64,000 nucleotides of DNA from a virus (IMGVR_UViG_3300010883_024574:22249-86248), one strand, 5' to 3'; positions 37,220 to 48,138 are shown, numbered from the stretch's first letter. Numbers and translations: made by a program. Notes: generated from the letters alone by a model not told the origin.

Positions 37220-38098
37220 ATGATTGTTTTAACTTTAGAGGAAAGCGGAGAAGAGTATATATCTGGATTTCCAAAATATATAACATTTTCATCCAATAAG
37301 CCTTCTACGATTTATTACACATTAGACGGCTCAACCCCTGATGAGGACTCTGTAATTGCAGTTGGAAATGTATATTTACCAACCAGTGGTTCTTCTGTAA
37401 CGATCAAGGCAATTGCTATATCCTCTGATGACTCATCCTCTGTCCTTGACGCAGAATACAGCACAGACTCAACAAACTTAGATAGACCACGACACATCGG
37501 GAGCGAAGGTATTGTGTTGGTTCCATATGGCGCAGACATAGTTGACAGTATGTCTATGAACTTAGATGGGGATGCCACTCAAGAGACTTCTATTGATTTT
37601 TCTGATTTAGAGATAAAAGCCTCCAGAGTAGACTCTGGAGGGGTAATGCTAGACCCTCAAAAGACATCTGTATCCTTTGTTAACTTTGCTAAAAAAGCGC
37701 CTCAAAATACAGAGCCTATTCAGTCAACCCCTAATAATAATTCTGAATTTGATCCTTCTGCAAAGTTTATTATAATCGACGGCTCTACCGATGAGGCTTT
37801 TGAAAATCAGGTTGTCAAAATAGTTAATCGGCCCTATAATACTTTTGACCCAGTTAGTAAATTTTATAACGAAAGGCTTGGGGAAAAAGAGCCGATTATA
37901 ACCGGCAACTATGTGAGAAGTTTCTGGGCTCCAGACAAGGGCTTGTGGATTTCTTATTATTGGGAAAGCCTGGAGTCTAGGTGGATAAAGTCAGTTCAAA
38001 AAATAGACAAGAAGGTTCTAAGCATAGGGTCTAGCGCTACAGGTAATCGCTTTGTCTTTAGATGGATCCAAGACAGAGCGTTAAGTCAGCTATTTTAA
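37220..38098 (+). CDS. hypothetical protein with N-terminal Fn3-associated Ig-like domain (probably structural)
   Basis: IYYTLDGSTP...TIKAIAI motif; preceded by ATGCTAATTTT box at 37186. Confidence 0.6.
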   Translation: MIVLTLEESGEEYISGFPKYITFSSNKPSTIYYTLDGSTPDEDSVIAVGNVYLPTSGSSVTIKAIAISSDDSSSVLDAEYSTDSTNLDRPRHIGSEGIVLVPYGADIVDSMSMNLDGDATQETSIDFSDLEIKASRVDSGGVMLDPQKTSVSFVNFAKKAPQNTEPIQSTPNNNSEFDPSAKFIIIDGSTDEAFENQVVKIVNRPYNTFDPVSKFYNERLGEKEPIITGNYVRSFWAPDKGLWISYYWESLESRWIKSVQKIDKKVLSIGSSATGNRFVFRWIQDRALSQLF

Positions 38099-38119
38099 TA
38101 CCGTCCTAAGGAGTTTGTT

Positions 38120-38884
38120 TTGTTAAAATTATCAGTGTCATCAATGGATACCTACGCAAAGTGTCCGAAAAAATATCATTATAGGTACATAGAAAAGCCT
38201 GATGTTCCCAAGAATAAATGGGGATTTACAGAGTTTGGGTCTTGTGCCCATTTGGTTTTAGAGCTTTTTCACAAAGAGCTATTATCCAAAAATATTCAAG
38301 AAAATCAATATTCAATCTTGATGAAAGAGTGCTTTAAAAAGTCCGTTAAGAAATTTGATATTCAATCTTTAGAAGAACCCGTATGGACTCCCAACGGAGA
38401 TGTGCCGGGGCTTCTTTGTCTGAGGGACATAATGCAAGTCTATTTGGACAAGATTAGATCGGATGGCGTGCCGGAAGTTATAGGCGTCGAGCTGCCATTT
38501 AACTTTAAAATAAACAAAGATACGTTAGTCAGAGGATTCATAGATCGGGTAGATAGGGTGGGTCCAAAAGAATATAGAGTTGTTGATTACAAGACGAGCA
38601 AGAATGCAAAATACTTAACAGAGTTTCAGTTGCTTGTATATTCCGAGGCCTTAAGAAGAGTATATAAGGATGCAGAAATTATTCATGGGTCATATATAAT
38701 GTTGAAGCATGACTGTAAGTCTTATGACTATACTTTTAGATTAAATGATTTAGATAATTGTAAAAAATTAATTACTAAAAAAGCAGGCTTTATTGATTCG
38801 GACGCAACATGGGTCAAGAAGCCATCAATACTTTGCAGGTGGTGCGACTATAAACCAATATGCCAAGATGCTTGGGCAGAATAG
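38120..38884 (+). CDS. PD-(D/E)XK RecB/AddB-like exonuclease with four-Cys cluster
   Basis: CPKKY, RGFIDRVD, VVDYKT, QxxxY and CRWCDYKPIC motifs. Confidence 0.9.
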   Translation: MLKLSVSSMDTYAKCPKKYHYRYIEKPDVPKNKWGFTEFGSCAHLVLELFHKELLSKNIQENQYSILMKECFKKSVKKFDIQSLEEPVWTPNGDVPGLLCLRDIMQVYLDKIRSDGVPEVIGVELPFNFKINKDTLVRGFIDRVDRVGPKEYRVVDYKTSKNAKYLTEFQLLVYSEALRRVYKDAEIIHGSYIMLKHDCKSYDYTFRLNDLDNCKKLITKKAGFIDSDATWVKKPSILCRWCDYKPICQDAWAE

Positions 38885-38887
38885 GGG

Positions 38888-39700
38888 ATGATAATGAAAG
38901 ATAATTTTGAAGGCATTGTTAAAATGTATGATGAAGAAGTTTACATAAGTAAGCAAACGAAAGAGGGATACACCAGGGTTCTTCAGAGGATTGATCCACT
39001 CTTATGCAAGTGGGCGTCAAAGACTTATATGCCAGGATATAACTTTGAGGATATAAAGCAGGAACTGTCATTGATAATCATAGAAGGGGTTAATGCTTTT
39101 GATCCGAACAAGCAGGTTAAGCTTAGCACCTTCTTGCATACTCACCTTAGAAACAAATTAGTTTCAAAAATAAAAAGTGTTAATAAGTTATCAAATGATG
39201 CTTATAGCTTATATGAAAAAGTAGAGGCAGAAATTTGTGAGTGCGGAGGGCTTGTTTCTTTTTCTAAAACAAGATGCCTAGAAACTGATAACCTTATTAC
39301 GAGATATCGCTGTGAATCATGTGATAAAGAATATAAGCCAAACTATAGAAAATCAAGAGAAGAACTTGTCTTTAGTTCTATGCCGAAAAAGGACCCAAGG
39401 AGTGGCGAGGAGTATGCTGAGTTTGAACACTGCTTATCAGATTCTGATAACATCTATTCTGATAATAGATCGCCATATGAAAGAGTTGACTTAGAACTTG
39501 CAATAGAAAAACTAGCAGAAATAATTGATAGTAAGACATATATAATATTAAGAATGGTGTGCCTTGAGGGTCACTCTATAAAAGATGCCGCGAAAGAGGT
39601 TGGTCTCACTGGATGGGCGGCAAGTATGAGGCTTAAGAAGCTTGAAAGATATAAAATAATAAATGATTTATTATCTGACTTTATAAATAAAAATGAATGA
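38888..39700 (+). CDS. sigma-70-family RNA polymerase sigma factor with inserted Zn ribbon
   Basis: Region 2 EDIKQE...FDPNKQVKLSTFL; region 4 LEGHSIKDAAKEVGLT; CECGG...CESC between them. Confidence 0.78.
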   Translation: MIMKDNFEGIVKMYDEEVYISKQTKEGYTRVLQRIDPLLCKWASKTYMPGYNFEDIKQELSLIIIEGVNAFDPNKQVKLSTFLHTHLRNKLVSKIKSVNKLSNDAYSLYEKVEAEICECGGLVSFSKTRCLETDNLITRYRCESCDKEYKPNYRKSREELVFSSMPKKDPRSGEEYAEFEHCLSDSDNIYSDNRSPYERVDLELAIEKLAEIIDSKTYIILRMVCLEGHSIKDAAKEVGLTGWAASMRLKKLERYKIINDLLSDFINKNE

Positions 39701-41048
39701 TAATTTTTTAAAATATATTAAAAATGAAAAAGATATTTCTAGATATAAAGTTTCTGTTTTAGAAAAAAGACCTAACAAGAGTTACACTCATAGGCTCATT
39801 TCTATTGAGAAAGATTTTTTAGAATACCCCTTTGAGAAACTTGAGTATAAGAGTATTGAGAATCTTAAAAATGCTGTATCTTTATTTAAAATAGACAGAA
39901 GACAGTTTGAAAAAAGGTTTGCTAAAAATATTGTTTCGAAAACAATAACAGTATCTAATCAACAAGCTGGGATTTTAAAAAGAAAGATAAAATATTATGA
40001 AGATTTATATATACATCTTTTAGATGTTAAAATAAAAGAAGTTAATTTGTTACAAGATGATTATATAAAGTCTAAATTAAAAAAGATAAGCCAGAAGGAG
40101 ATGCCTATAGGTCTAGACACCTTATCTCAGATAGAGGGCGTCCACCTCTCAAAGAAGAGGGCGAGAATTCAGATCTTAACATATTGTTTATCTAGATTTA
40201 TTTTTAATGAAATAAAGATTATTAAAAATGGTATTGATTTTGAAAATGTTTCTTTTGAAGCATATGAGGGTGCAAGAAGATGTTTAGATGATCTCTTTGC
40301 AGATGTTAGGTTCAAGCTTTTTAAGCATTATAATGATGGAATAAATGAAGTCCCCCTTCTAGTAAACGGAACCTTGGGTCATAATAATTTTGTTCATACA
40401 GTTTATCCGTTATCAAACTTGATAGACAGGTATCCAGAGGATTATTGCGTCAAAAGGTTGTTGCAACAAAATAAAAGTTTTTTTAAAAAGAATAATTCTC
40501 CAATAAATAAAAAGTTTGTCAAAAGAGGTCTGGGAATAATCACCCCAATGGAGAGGACTGGTAACGAGTCTATAGAGTTATTGTATTTAGATCTATGGAC
40601 AAAAAATGGAATATCAATAAGCAACATTATGGAGAAAGAATTTTTTAATTATAATTTAAATGGAAAATATTATAAAACAATTTCAACAAAGCCAGTATGG
40701 ATGCTTAATCAAAATATTGATAATAAATTCTTACTAAGAGAAGTTTTATCTCTTTTGGAAATTAGCGATCTTTCGCTTACTGATGAGGTTGATTTTTCAA
40801 ATATAGATGTTTTAAAAAGTATAAACAATATAGATAAAGGAAATATTCTTATTTGCCCTGAATCAAGTAAGATTTTTATTTCAACAACTAGATCTGAATC
40901 TGAACATATAAAAGAATCTTATAGGTGGATAGAGTTAGTCATAAATAAAATAAAAAATGATTATAAGGATATTTTTGATCCTATTACTTTAAAAGATAAA
41001 GAAAGAGAATATAGGATAAATAAGACTAGGAATAACAAGGAACAATAG
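39693..41048 (+). CDS. hypothetical protein, very AT-rich and Lys/Asn/Ile-rich
   Basis: 451-aa uninterrupted ORF; no motif recognised. Confidence 0.65.
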   Translation: MNDNFLKYIKNEKDISRYKVSVLEKRPNKSYTHRLISIEKDFLEYPFEKLEYKSIENLKNAVSLFKIDRRQFEKRFAKNIVSKTITVSNQQAGILKRKIKYYEDLYIHLLDVKIKEVNLLQDDYIKSKLKKISQKEMPIGLDTLSQIEGVHLSKKRARIQILTYCLSRFIFNEIKIIKNGIDFENVSFEAYEGARRCLDDLFADVRFKLFKHYNDGINEVPLLVNGTLGHNNFVHTVYPLSNLIDRYPEDYCVKRLLQQNKSFFKKNNSPINKKFVKRGLGIITPMERTGNESIELLYLDLWTKNGISISNIMEKEFFNYNLNGKYYKTISTKPVWMLNQNIDNKFLLREVLSLLEISDLSLTDEVDFSNIDVLKSINNIDKGNILICPESSKIFISTTRSESEHIKESYRWIELVINKIKNDYKDIFDPITLKDKEREYRINKTRNNKEQ

Positions 41049-41052
41049 GTTT

Positions 41053-44000
41053 ATGGACATTAATAAAATTCATGAAATCAAAAAGGGTTTAGGTATAGAG
41101 GACGCTCAGTTAGATGACTTTTCTGTCGCGCTGGGGGGTTTGCATTCTAATTTAAATTCTGCAATAGAGATAGCCTCATCTATACTTAGCGGCAGAGAAG
41201 AGAGTCAGTTTGAGGAGAGCTATGAGGATGAAGGCGGCGAAGACCAGGCTCAACCCGAATTGGACTTCTCTTTTTACGGGGAATCATTCGATAAAAATGA
41301 TGATCAGGGCGATGGGCCTGTTGCAGAAGATATTACAGAGAAGACAGACGAATCTCGAATTGACGAATTGACGGCCTCTTTGAAAAAAGTATTTGAGTCT
41401 GGTGGATTAGTTGCTGTGGACAGAAAGCTTGAAGAGTCAATTGGAGAGTTAAGGTTAAACCTGGAAAGTCTTAGCCCTTTTCGCGAGAATGTAGAATACT
41501 TCGTTAGAGAATATGGCTTTACAGAGTTTATTCAAAGTAAGTTTTTAAACATATCTTCTAGCCTGTCAGGAGAGGAGGCCCCTCCCACAGGAGTGCCTGA
41601 AGATGAATCTTTAAATATTCCGCCAGTATCTGGGCCTATAAAGAGAAAGCCGTTTCGCATTTTAGATAAGCTCAACTTGAGTCAAAATATTTATAATAAT
41701 ATGAATATAGAGCAGGCCTTTTTTGAGGCAGAAAATACTGAATCAACTTACTTTGCAAGGCTGATAAAGGCGCAGGAAGATGATGAGTCAGTTAACGCCT
41801 TAAATTTTCATGAAGTATTCAATAGACTTGGAGACGCTGCAAAGGGCATTGAGCTAGACGAGTCTTTTGACCCTCCGAGGGTTGTTCTGTCTATCGACTA
41901 TATGAATACAATAAGAGAAACTCTTATTGGCCGCTTGCAAGCATTGAATAATGCTGTTGATCTGAGCAAGGGTCCTCTCTCTAATATTTTATCTAACCAA
42001 GTAGATTCAAAGATAGATGAGTTTGAAAGACACAGGAGGGCTTATGCCAATGCCTTGGATGATATTGTTGCTGCGGTGAAAAAGAGAGATAGCTATTTGA
42101 CGGCAATGGTTGTCGAGTTAAAGAAAAAAGGCTTTGAAATATCCGAACCAGTGTCTAACAGGGCCTATGAGTTATCAAGAATTATTAGAGATGAGAATTC
42201 AGAGGTTTTTAAATTACTTTTTAGTTTAGCAAAGGGCTTGGTGTTTCTAGATGTAGAGGGCGATATTCATCAGTTTGGATACACGGTTACTAAGAAGTTT
42301 AAAGAAAACTATGATGGCCGCTTAAAAGAAGTTTTTGAAGACATTTTTCATAGACAATTAAAAAATAAAATAAAAATGTTTTTTGATGAAAACAATAATG
42401 AAGGATGGTCTAGATCTTCCTTCTGTTATTACCTAGCAGGCTCTATTAAGAGGAAATACCTGCAAGAGATGGCATATCAAAGAGAGTTTAATGTAGTAAC
42501 TACTAGTTGGAACTATGCCTCATGCTCGATGTGTGGAAAGAATATATACACGCGGAAGAGGCAGGATACCCCTAGAGGGGCGGGAAGACGGGAACCCGTC
42601 AGTGTGAGAGAATATTCTGAATATCAAACAGATCTTTATAGTTTATTTAGAAACGATGGAAGCGTCATTACAGACTCTGATCTTAAGTTAGAGACTGACG
42701 GCATAACGGCAAAGACATTTAAGCCCCCTCCGACGCTTGCCACTCTCAGCGATGATCCACCAGTAGACATGACTTGGGACGAGATTGAAACGATGGTTTA
42801 TTCTGGCGCCAGAAGGGATCACATAGATGGGATAAAGCGAAGGGCGTGGGCCCTCAAGCAGTTGGGGGCTAGAAAGGTTCCTTCTAGATCAGGTGAGGTT
42901 TCTAATATTAAATTCAAATGCCATTATAAGAATGTTTCCGATAGACCCCTTTCTTTGCAGAGGCTAGAAAAGGGCAAGTCAGATTTTGTGTGCGGTCTTT
43001 ACCTGGACCCTTCGCCTCTTCTTGTGGAGGGCGCAGGCGCTGTCTCTGCCGCCAGCCTGCAGGCAGTCAGGCCTACCAGTGAAGATATTAGTTCAGATGA
43101 ATTATTTGAATTAAAGTTAGATGAAGCTATAAACAAAGGTCTTTTAGGCGAAGATAGAAAGGAAGAGTTTTTGGCAGAACTTGCAAGAAGAAGGGGCGGC
43201 GGATGGAAATTTTCAAATAAATATTTTAATTGTCCATCCAGAATTTCTCCAGAAGAAGTAGCTACAGCTGTTGCGGCAGTAGCGCTTATGTCGGAGGAAG
43301 AGACCGCAGGAAGAAGTAAGCCTGTATTGGAAAAGCTGGCTGTATCAAAGCTCTTAAGAAAATATTCTTACATTGCAAGTCCAATTGCAGGCCCCATATC
43401 TGAAGAGAAGCTGACCCAAGAAGGCGCAGGTGCTTCACAGATATATCCTCCGGTTGATTCAGATGGAGTACCAGCTGAACTTGCTCCGGGAACTATGTCT
43501 TATTTGATCTGTGGTGCGCAGACCAGTCTGTCTTCCTTTAGCCGGAATATAAACGAAACAGGATCTCTTCCCAATATCTTCAAGACCTTATTAAGCCAAG
43601 CAAGGGATGAGCCATTGCTTGAAGAGAAGGTGTTAAACTTGGTAGAAACATTGTTATCTCTTGGTGTTGATATTAGTGATATTCAACCGTTTTTATCAAA
43701 TATTTCTAATCCTGAAGTTGCAATTGCACAGTTAGAAGGCTCGGGAAGATTGAAGAAGATATCAAATATTCTGGTATTAGCAATGGCTTCTCCAGTAAAC
43801 TTGGAGACCTCTTTGCGCGGAGCATCTTTCAACAGAATGGACTTGCTGGGAGATATTAAGCTGGTGTGTTCTCATGGGCATAGGTTTACAATTAAAGATT
43901 CGGTTTATTTCGGAAAAACTCATACAGGAATTAACCTAAGAAACGCCAGAAGATCTAAATATATGATAGCCGATGTTATTAGATCAGGGGTTTTGACAAC

Positions 44001-47000
44001 CGAAGGTCAAGATAACTTTGAAAGAACCCTTGGGCTATTGAGCAAAAGAGGATATAAGTATATTGTTCCTGTGGACCTTAGCGCTACATTTGGAAGCAAG
44101 GAGAGGGTAAAATATACTTATGAAGATTGGGTCGGAAGGAAGATTGGTGTAAATCGAGTTATTTTTGAAGCGCCCGGCTCGCCTGATGCTTATTATGGAT
44201 TTGGAGCTGTTCCTAAGAATTATATTTGGGGGTCTGAGGAGTCATACGATCTTAGCTCTGCTAGGCATCTTGAGAGCCGCGATATAGATACTATAATAGA
44301 GATTGAAAACAATAGTGAAGAAGCATTGCACGGAGACTCAAGGGACAAGCAGAGAACAAATAATGATGCTGCCACCAGAGCTGCGAAGAGAAAGTTTGAC
44401 GTAGAAGGCCCTTCTCTTATGGGCAACAAAGGCAGCTACCAGGGTATGGAAGGGGTTGTAAGGGCAACGACTCCAATAGGTGTTATGCTTAAATCCTTTG
44501 CAGAAACAGTACAGGACTGGCTTACATTATCTACAAGTCTAGAGGTGAGAGGAGCCTTGACAGGGAAACCTATTCCGTTTACATCAGAGCTTATAGAGGC
44601 TGTTGGAACCAGGAGCGCGAGGCCGAGCCTCGGACAGTCGGCAAGAGGAATGATAGAGTTAGTTATAAGATATGTCGAAGAAGAAGACGAGGATATTATC
44701 TCTGATGATTCAACATCAATAATCGAATTAGCGTTTTCAAAGTTTAAGGCAAACTATTTCCCCGAATTAGAAAATATTGACGTAAGACTTCTCGGCTCTA
44801 TAGGAAGACCTCTTAATGAGAAGATAATAAAAAATATAGTTTCCTCTGTAATAGAAGCTGCGGCGGATCACCTGGGAACAACAGATGAAGAGAAGCAGAG
44901 CATTCTAAGTATATATAGAAATACTTTGCTTACAGAGGATGGAAGCTCAATAGCTGTTGACCACCTGCTCTCTATAGACTATGGCGGAAATAGCTTCAAA
45001 AATTTATTAGAGCAGTTTAAAGAAAGCTTTCTTCCAGAGTTGAGCAAGAAAGATACTGGCAGAGCTTTGTATGATCCGCTCGCGGTTAAGCAGAAGGCTC
45101 TCAAGGACGAAGCAGGCAGTGATTATTTAGGAGTCGATCCGGGGTATTATCAGGGCGGCATCAAACAGAAGACAGAAGGTGTAAATAAGAAGATAGCATA
45201 CATGAAGGGTAAGATGTTTATGGGCAGAGTTTTGCAAGCTGCATCTGCGCTTTATCTTGCTGATGCGATAGTTAATGTTTTTAACTTTTATATGCGAGAT
45301 CAAAGATCAAGAGAATACATAGGATATGATATCGGAATTGACCTATCAACATCAGATAAGGTTTTGGCACTGTCTGGAGAGGACTTGAACAAGATAGTGA
45401 TCGGAGTTGATGAGGCTACCGCAGAAATGATGAATAATCATGCTGAAGTTTTTTATGAGTTTTATTTTGATAATATAGCAGAGTGTGTTAATACTCTCAA
45501 AAATGAAATGTTTTTAATCAGAACCGCATGTACCTCTTCTAAGTATATGAAGAAAGCTACATTGTATATAAGAGAAAATCTTAATGAAATTGTAGGCAAC
45601 CTAGAGGAGGCGGCGAGTGCTGCCGAGGGCTCGGAGGGGTCTGCGGATCTTGAGAGAGCTAAAGACATCATCAATAATGCTATGACAAATGAGCCATTTA
45701 CTACAATTGATTTAAATTCAAATGGAAAATATAGAAGATTCTTTGGAGGCAGCGGCGCTGATAAAGATCTTGTGCCGCCACAAGATACCCATAGTATAAT
45801 GCCTTTGTTTGGAACTTATTTGGCAAAATATAATGGTGGAGGTCATTATTATCCCATTTTCGCTCTAACCGGAAAAGGAGTTGTTTATCACAGCTTTGAC
45901 ATGAATATCCCAGAGCCTATTATGATAAATAATCTATATGTCTTATATGCTGGAGATCTGCCAAACGCTGTCGAGCTTGAAGACCTGTATGATAGATTGC
46001 CTGATATATATAAGAAAAATGGATGGAAGATTTATAATGTTAATATAGGCAGATCAAAAGATGAATATGCACTAACAAAGGGCTCTATGAATGATGGCTT
46101 TAAAGGCGGCGTTAGTCTAATATATCATCCAGCCACTAGCCCGATAATTCCAGATGGATCAGACCAGTTGATTGGATACAGAAATGATGAAGTCGGATTT
46201 GATTCTTCGCAAGCTATACACGTGGGCTCATTGGCCATGAGAGATGGGAAGGATAATCTTTTCCCTCCAAGCCCATTAGATGGGGTAAGCGATGTTGGCA
46301 TACCTATTCCTTTAGACTATGAGAATGAAGACTCACATAAGGTCAGGGCCTCGCGTAAGTTATTCCCCGTTGTTGGAGCAAGGATCCCTATATCTCTTCC
46401 AACGTCCGTTCCTGGGGCTCCAATAGAGCTAGATATATCTGACTTTTTAATGCGAGATCCTCCAGAGATTGCTTTAAAAATCCTTAGAAGAATAGGGTTT
46501 GTTTATAACAGTTATAAGTTAGATTTAAAAAAGGCAATAAGCGATGGCGCTACAACGTCTGCTCAAGATAGGGTTAAAGATAGGTATAAGAAGATCATAT
46601 CTGCATTGTTTGATTCATACAGGGGCCTTCCGTATCGTGTTCAAAATGCAAAGAGCGGAACAAAAACAGAGGCGCTTAGTGGGGATGTGTTCAGAGGGGA
46701 GAGGCCTCCTGAGGGGGCCCCGGCTGAAAATCCGTTTGCAGAGGAGGAGGCGAGAAGAGGAAGGCCTGTAACTGAGAGGTTCGCCCCAAGGGTGTCCTCC
46801 TACATACCTCTTGTTGATTGGGTTACAATGCATAGAATGATATCAGGAAATGAGTTTGGACCCCGCTGGGGAGGGCACCAGTTGTGGGAGGAAGAGTCTG
46901 GTGATGAATCTGCAAACGAAAGAAGGGAGGCTATAGAACAGTTTATAATAAGCGTTCATGGCCTGGACAAGCTCGCGGCTCTGATAGGGGAGCGCTTAGA

Positions 47001-47772
47001 TTCCCTTAGGAAGGTAGAGAGGGGTACGACGTTCGTTGATCCTACTGATCTTTTAAACCCAGATGAAAGACTCTTCAAAAGAGGAGTGATTACCAAGGAG
47101 GAGTGTTGGAAACTCTTTCACTATGCAATAGGGGAGGATGAGGATACATACACTAGTGATGATGGATTTCCCTGGATGCGGCTACGCGGAGAGCACCGCT
47201 CTGATGCAGAGACCGTAGCGGGCCAAAAAATGTTTAAACACTTTGTGAGATGGGTTAAGGGCTTGAGCTCTTATTACCCCATTGGCATCAGGAATGAGGT
47301 TGATGATGCGACCGGAGAGCCTAGCGCCTATATAAGGGTGATGAATGTTATATTTCCATCCAATTCAATAGGGACACACGATGAGATTTCTCCACGGGAG
47401 AGAATCGAAAGAGTAAGAGATTCTGATAGAAGCGATGTTTTAAACATAAAAGACCTTTATTCTCACGCCATTATTAGTGGGGAGGGGGGGGACGTTCAAT
47501 ATTATCCCATCCCAACAGACCCAGGAGAGTTGAAAGAGTATTTGTCTAAGCTTAAAGGCGTTAGACATATTTCTGTTCAAAGACAGGCTGACGCTATTAG
47601 CGAATATCTTATAGAGTATATAGCAAAGGACTTATTTCCAGGCCTTAAGAAGGAAAGCGTGTATAGGTTCGGCAAGATAAAATATTCTAAAAAATTAAAG
47701 ACAGATATGTATTATAGCAGTATAATCAAAAATGCAAAGCTTTACGCTTTGTGGAAATTTTTAACTGATTGA
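41053..47772 (+). CDS. giant hypothetical protein with dispersed Cys motifs
   Basis: 2239 aa; CSMC, KCHY/VCG, NCP/ICG and CSHGH motifs; acidic N-terminus; C-terminal LKKES and IIKNA motifs. Confidence 0.7.
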   Translation: MDINKIHEIKKGLGIEDAQLDDFSVALGGLHSNLNSAIEIASSILSGREESQFEESYEDEGGEDQAQPELDFSFYGESFDKNDDQGDGPVAEDITEKTDESRIDELTASLKKVFESGGLVAVDRKLEESIGELRLNLESLSPFRENVEYFVREYGFTEFIQSKFLNISSSLSGEEAPPTGVPEDESLNIPPVSGPIKRKPFRILDKLNLSQNIYNNMNIEQAFFEAENTESTYFARLIKAQEDDESVNALNFHEVFNRLGDAAKGIELDESFDPPRVVLSIDYMNTIRETLIGRLQALNNAVDLSKGPLSNILSNQVDSKIDEFERHRRAYANALDDIVAAVKKRDSYLTAMVVELKKKGFEISEPVSNRAYELSRIIRDENSEVFKLLFSLAKGLVFLDVEGDIHQFGYTVTKKFKENYDGRLKEVFEDIFHRQLKNKIKMFFDENNNEGWSRSSFCYYLAGSIKRKYLQEMAYQREFNVVTTSWNYASCSMCGKNIYTRKRQDTPRGAGRREPVSVREYSEYQTDLYSLFRNDGSVITDSDLKLETDGITAKTFKPPPTLATLSDDPPVDMTWDEIETMVYSGARRDHIDGIKRRAWALKQLGARKVPSRSGEVSNIKFKCHYKNVSDRPLSLQRLEKGKSDFVCGLYLDPSPLLVEGAGAVSAASLQAVRPTSEDISSDELFELKLDEAINKGLLGEDRKEEFLAELARRRGGGWKFSNKYFNCPSRISPEEVATAVAAVALMSEEETAGRSKPVLEKLAVSKLLRKYSYIASPIAGPISEEKLTQEGAGASQIYPPVDSDGVPAELAPGTMSYLICGAQTSLSSFSRNINETGSLPNIFKTLLSQARDEPLLEEKVLNLVETLLSLGVDISDIQPFLSNISNPEVAIAQLEGSGRLKKISNILVLAMASPVNLETSLRGASFNRMDLLGDIKLVCSHGHRFTIKDSVYFGKTHTGINLRNARRSKYMIADVIRSGVLTTEGQDNFERTLGLLSKRGYKYIVPVDLSATFGSKERVKYTYEDWVGRKIGVNRVIFEAPGSPDAYYGFGAVPKNYIWGSEESYDLSSARHLESRDIDTIIEIENNSEEALHGDSRDKQRTNNDAATRAAKRKFDVEGPSLMGNKGSYQGMEGVVRATTPIGVMLKSFAETVQDWLTLSTSLEVRGALTGKPIPFTSELIEAVGTRSARPSLGQSARGMIELVIRYVEEEDEDIISDDSTSIIELAFSKFKANYFPELENIDVRLLGSIGRPLNEKIIKNIVSSVIEAAADHLGTTDEEKQSILSIYRNTLLTEDGSSIAVDHLLSIDYGGNSFKNLLEQFKESFLPELSKKDTGRALYDPLAVKQKALKDEAGSDYLGVDPGYYQGGIKQKTEGVNKKIAYMKGKMFMGRVLQAASALYLADAIVNVFNFYMRDQRSREYIGYDIGIDLSTSDKVLALSGEDLNKIVIGVDEATAEMMNNHAEVFYEFYFDNIAECVNTLKNEMFLIRTACTSSKYMKKATLYIRENLNEIVGNLEEAASAAEGSEGSADLERAKDIINNAMTNEPFTTIDLNSNGKYRRFFGGSGADKDLVPPQDTHSIMPLFGTYLAKYNGGGHYYPIFALTGKGVVYHSFDMNIPEPIMINNLYVLYAGDLPNAVELEDLYDRLPDIYKKNGWKIYNVNIGRSKDEYALTKGSMNDGFKGGVSLIYHPATSPIIPDGSDQLIGYRNDEVGFDSSQAIHVGSLAMRDGKDNLFPPSPLDGVSDVGIPIPLDYENEDSHKVRASRKLFPVVGARIPISLPTSVPGAPIELDISDFLMRDPPEIALKILRRIGFVYNSYKLDLKKAISDGATTSAQDRVKDRYKKIISALFDSYRGLPYRVQNAKSGTKTEALSGDVFRGERPPEGAPAENPFAEEEARRGRPVTERFAPRVSSYIPLVDWVTMHRMISGNEFGPRWGGHQLWEEESGDESANERREAIEQFIISVHGLDKLAALIGERLDSLRKVERGTTFVDPTDLLNPDERLFKRGVITKEECWKLFHYAIGEDEDTYTSDDGFPWMRLRGEHRSDAETVAGQKMFKHFVRWVKGLSSYYPIGIRNEVDDATGEPSAYIRVMNVIFPSNSIGTHDEISPRERIERVRDSDRSDVLNIKDLYSHAIISGEGGDVQYYPIPTDPGELKEYLSKLKGVRHISVQRQADAISEYLIEYIAKDLFPGLKKESVYRFGKIKYSKKLKTDMYYSSIIKNAKLYALWKFLTD

Positions 47773-47786
47773 ACTTAGGAGAAACG

Positions 47787-48068
47787 ATGACTATCGTAAG
47801 AATATTTAATGAATCCGATGAACAGAATGACGAAAACACTACTTGGTCTACAGATGATGTTAAAGAGTATGTAAAGCAATATTTGGTTTATGATCTACAG
47901 ATCAGAGATTTGCAGGAGTCTAGAAGAGAGTGGTCTGCAGACTTTTTGGATCAAAAGAGTATCCCAAAGAAGGAACTAACTCAAGCGCTAAGTGCCGCCA
48001 AGAAGGATCTGGACATGGATGTTGTGAACGAGATTTACGACAATATATCAGATATGTTTATTGATTAA
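47787..48068 (+). CDS. small helical protein, possibly dsDNA-binding (T4 DsbA/GapR-like)
   Basis: AGGAG RBS before ATG 47787; helical pattern YVKQY..YDLQIRDLQESRRE...IPKKELTQAL. Family call is weak. Confidence 0.45.
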   Translation: MTIVRIFNESDEQNDENTTWSTDDVKEYVKQYLVYDLQIRDLQESRREWSADFLDQKSIPKKELTQALSAAKKDLDMDVVNEIYDNISDMFID

Positions 48069-48077
48069 ATAAATTTG

Positions 48078-48105
48078 TTGAAATTTATTATTTTGTGTAT
48101 ACAAT
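48078..48105 (+). promoter_or_regulatory. sigma-70-like promoter for dnaE
   Basis: TTGAAA-N16-TACAAT in an intergenic AT-rich region. Confidence 0.4.
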
Positions 48106-48115
48106 ATTTGCCAGA

Positions 48116-48138
48116 GGGCCAGCAAAATCTGCTGGCCC
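48116..48138 (+). other. GC-rich hairpin upstream of dnaE
   Basis: GGGCCAGCA-AAATC-TGCTGGCCC perfect 9-bp stem with no following T-run. Confidence 0.6.

Noticed and set aside
38120-38884. Cas4 / CRISPR-Cas component
   Set aside because: It is a stand-alone PD-(D/E)XK nuclease common in phages, with no cas genes or array nearby.
41053-47772. Multisubunit or virion RNA polymerase
   Set aside because: No DxDGD or other polymerase catalytic motif was found by eye.
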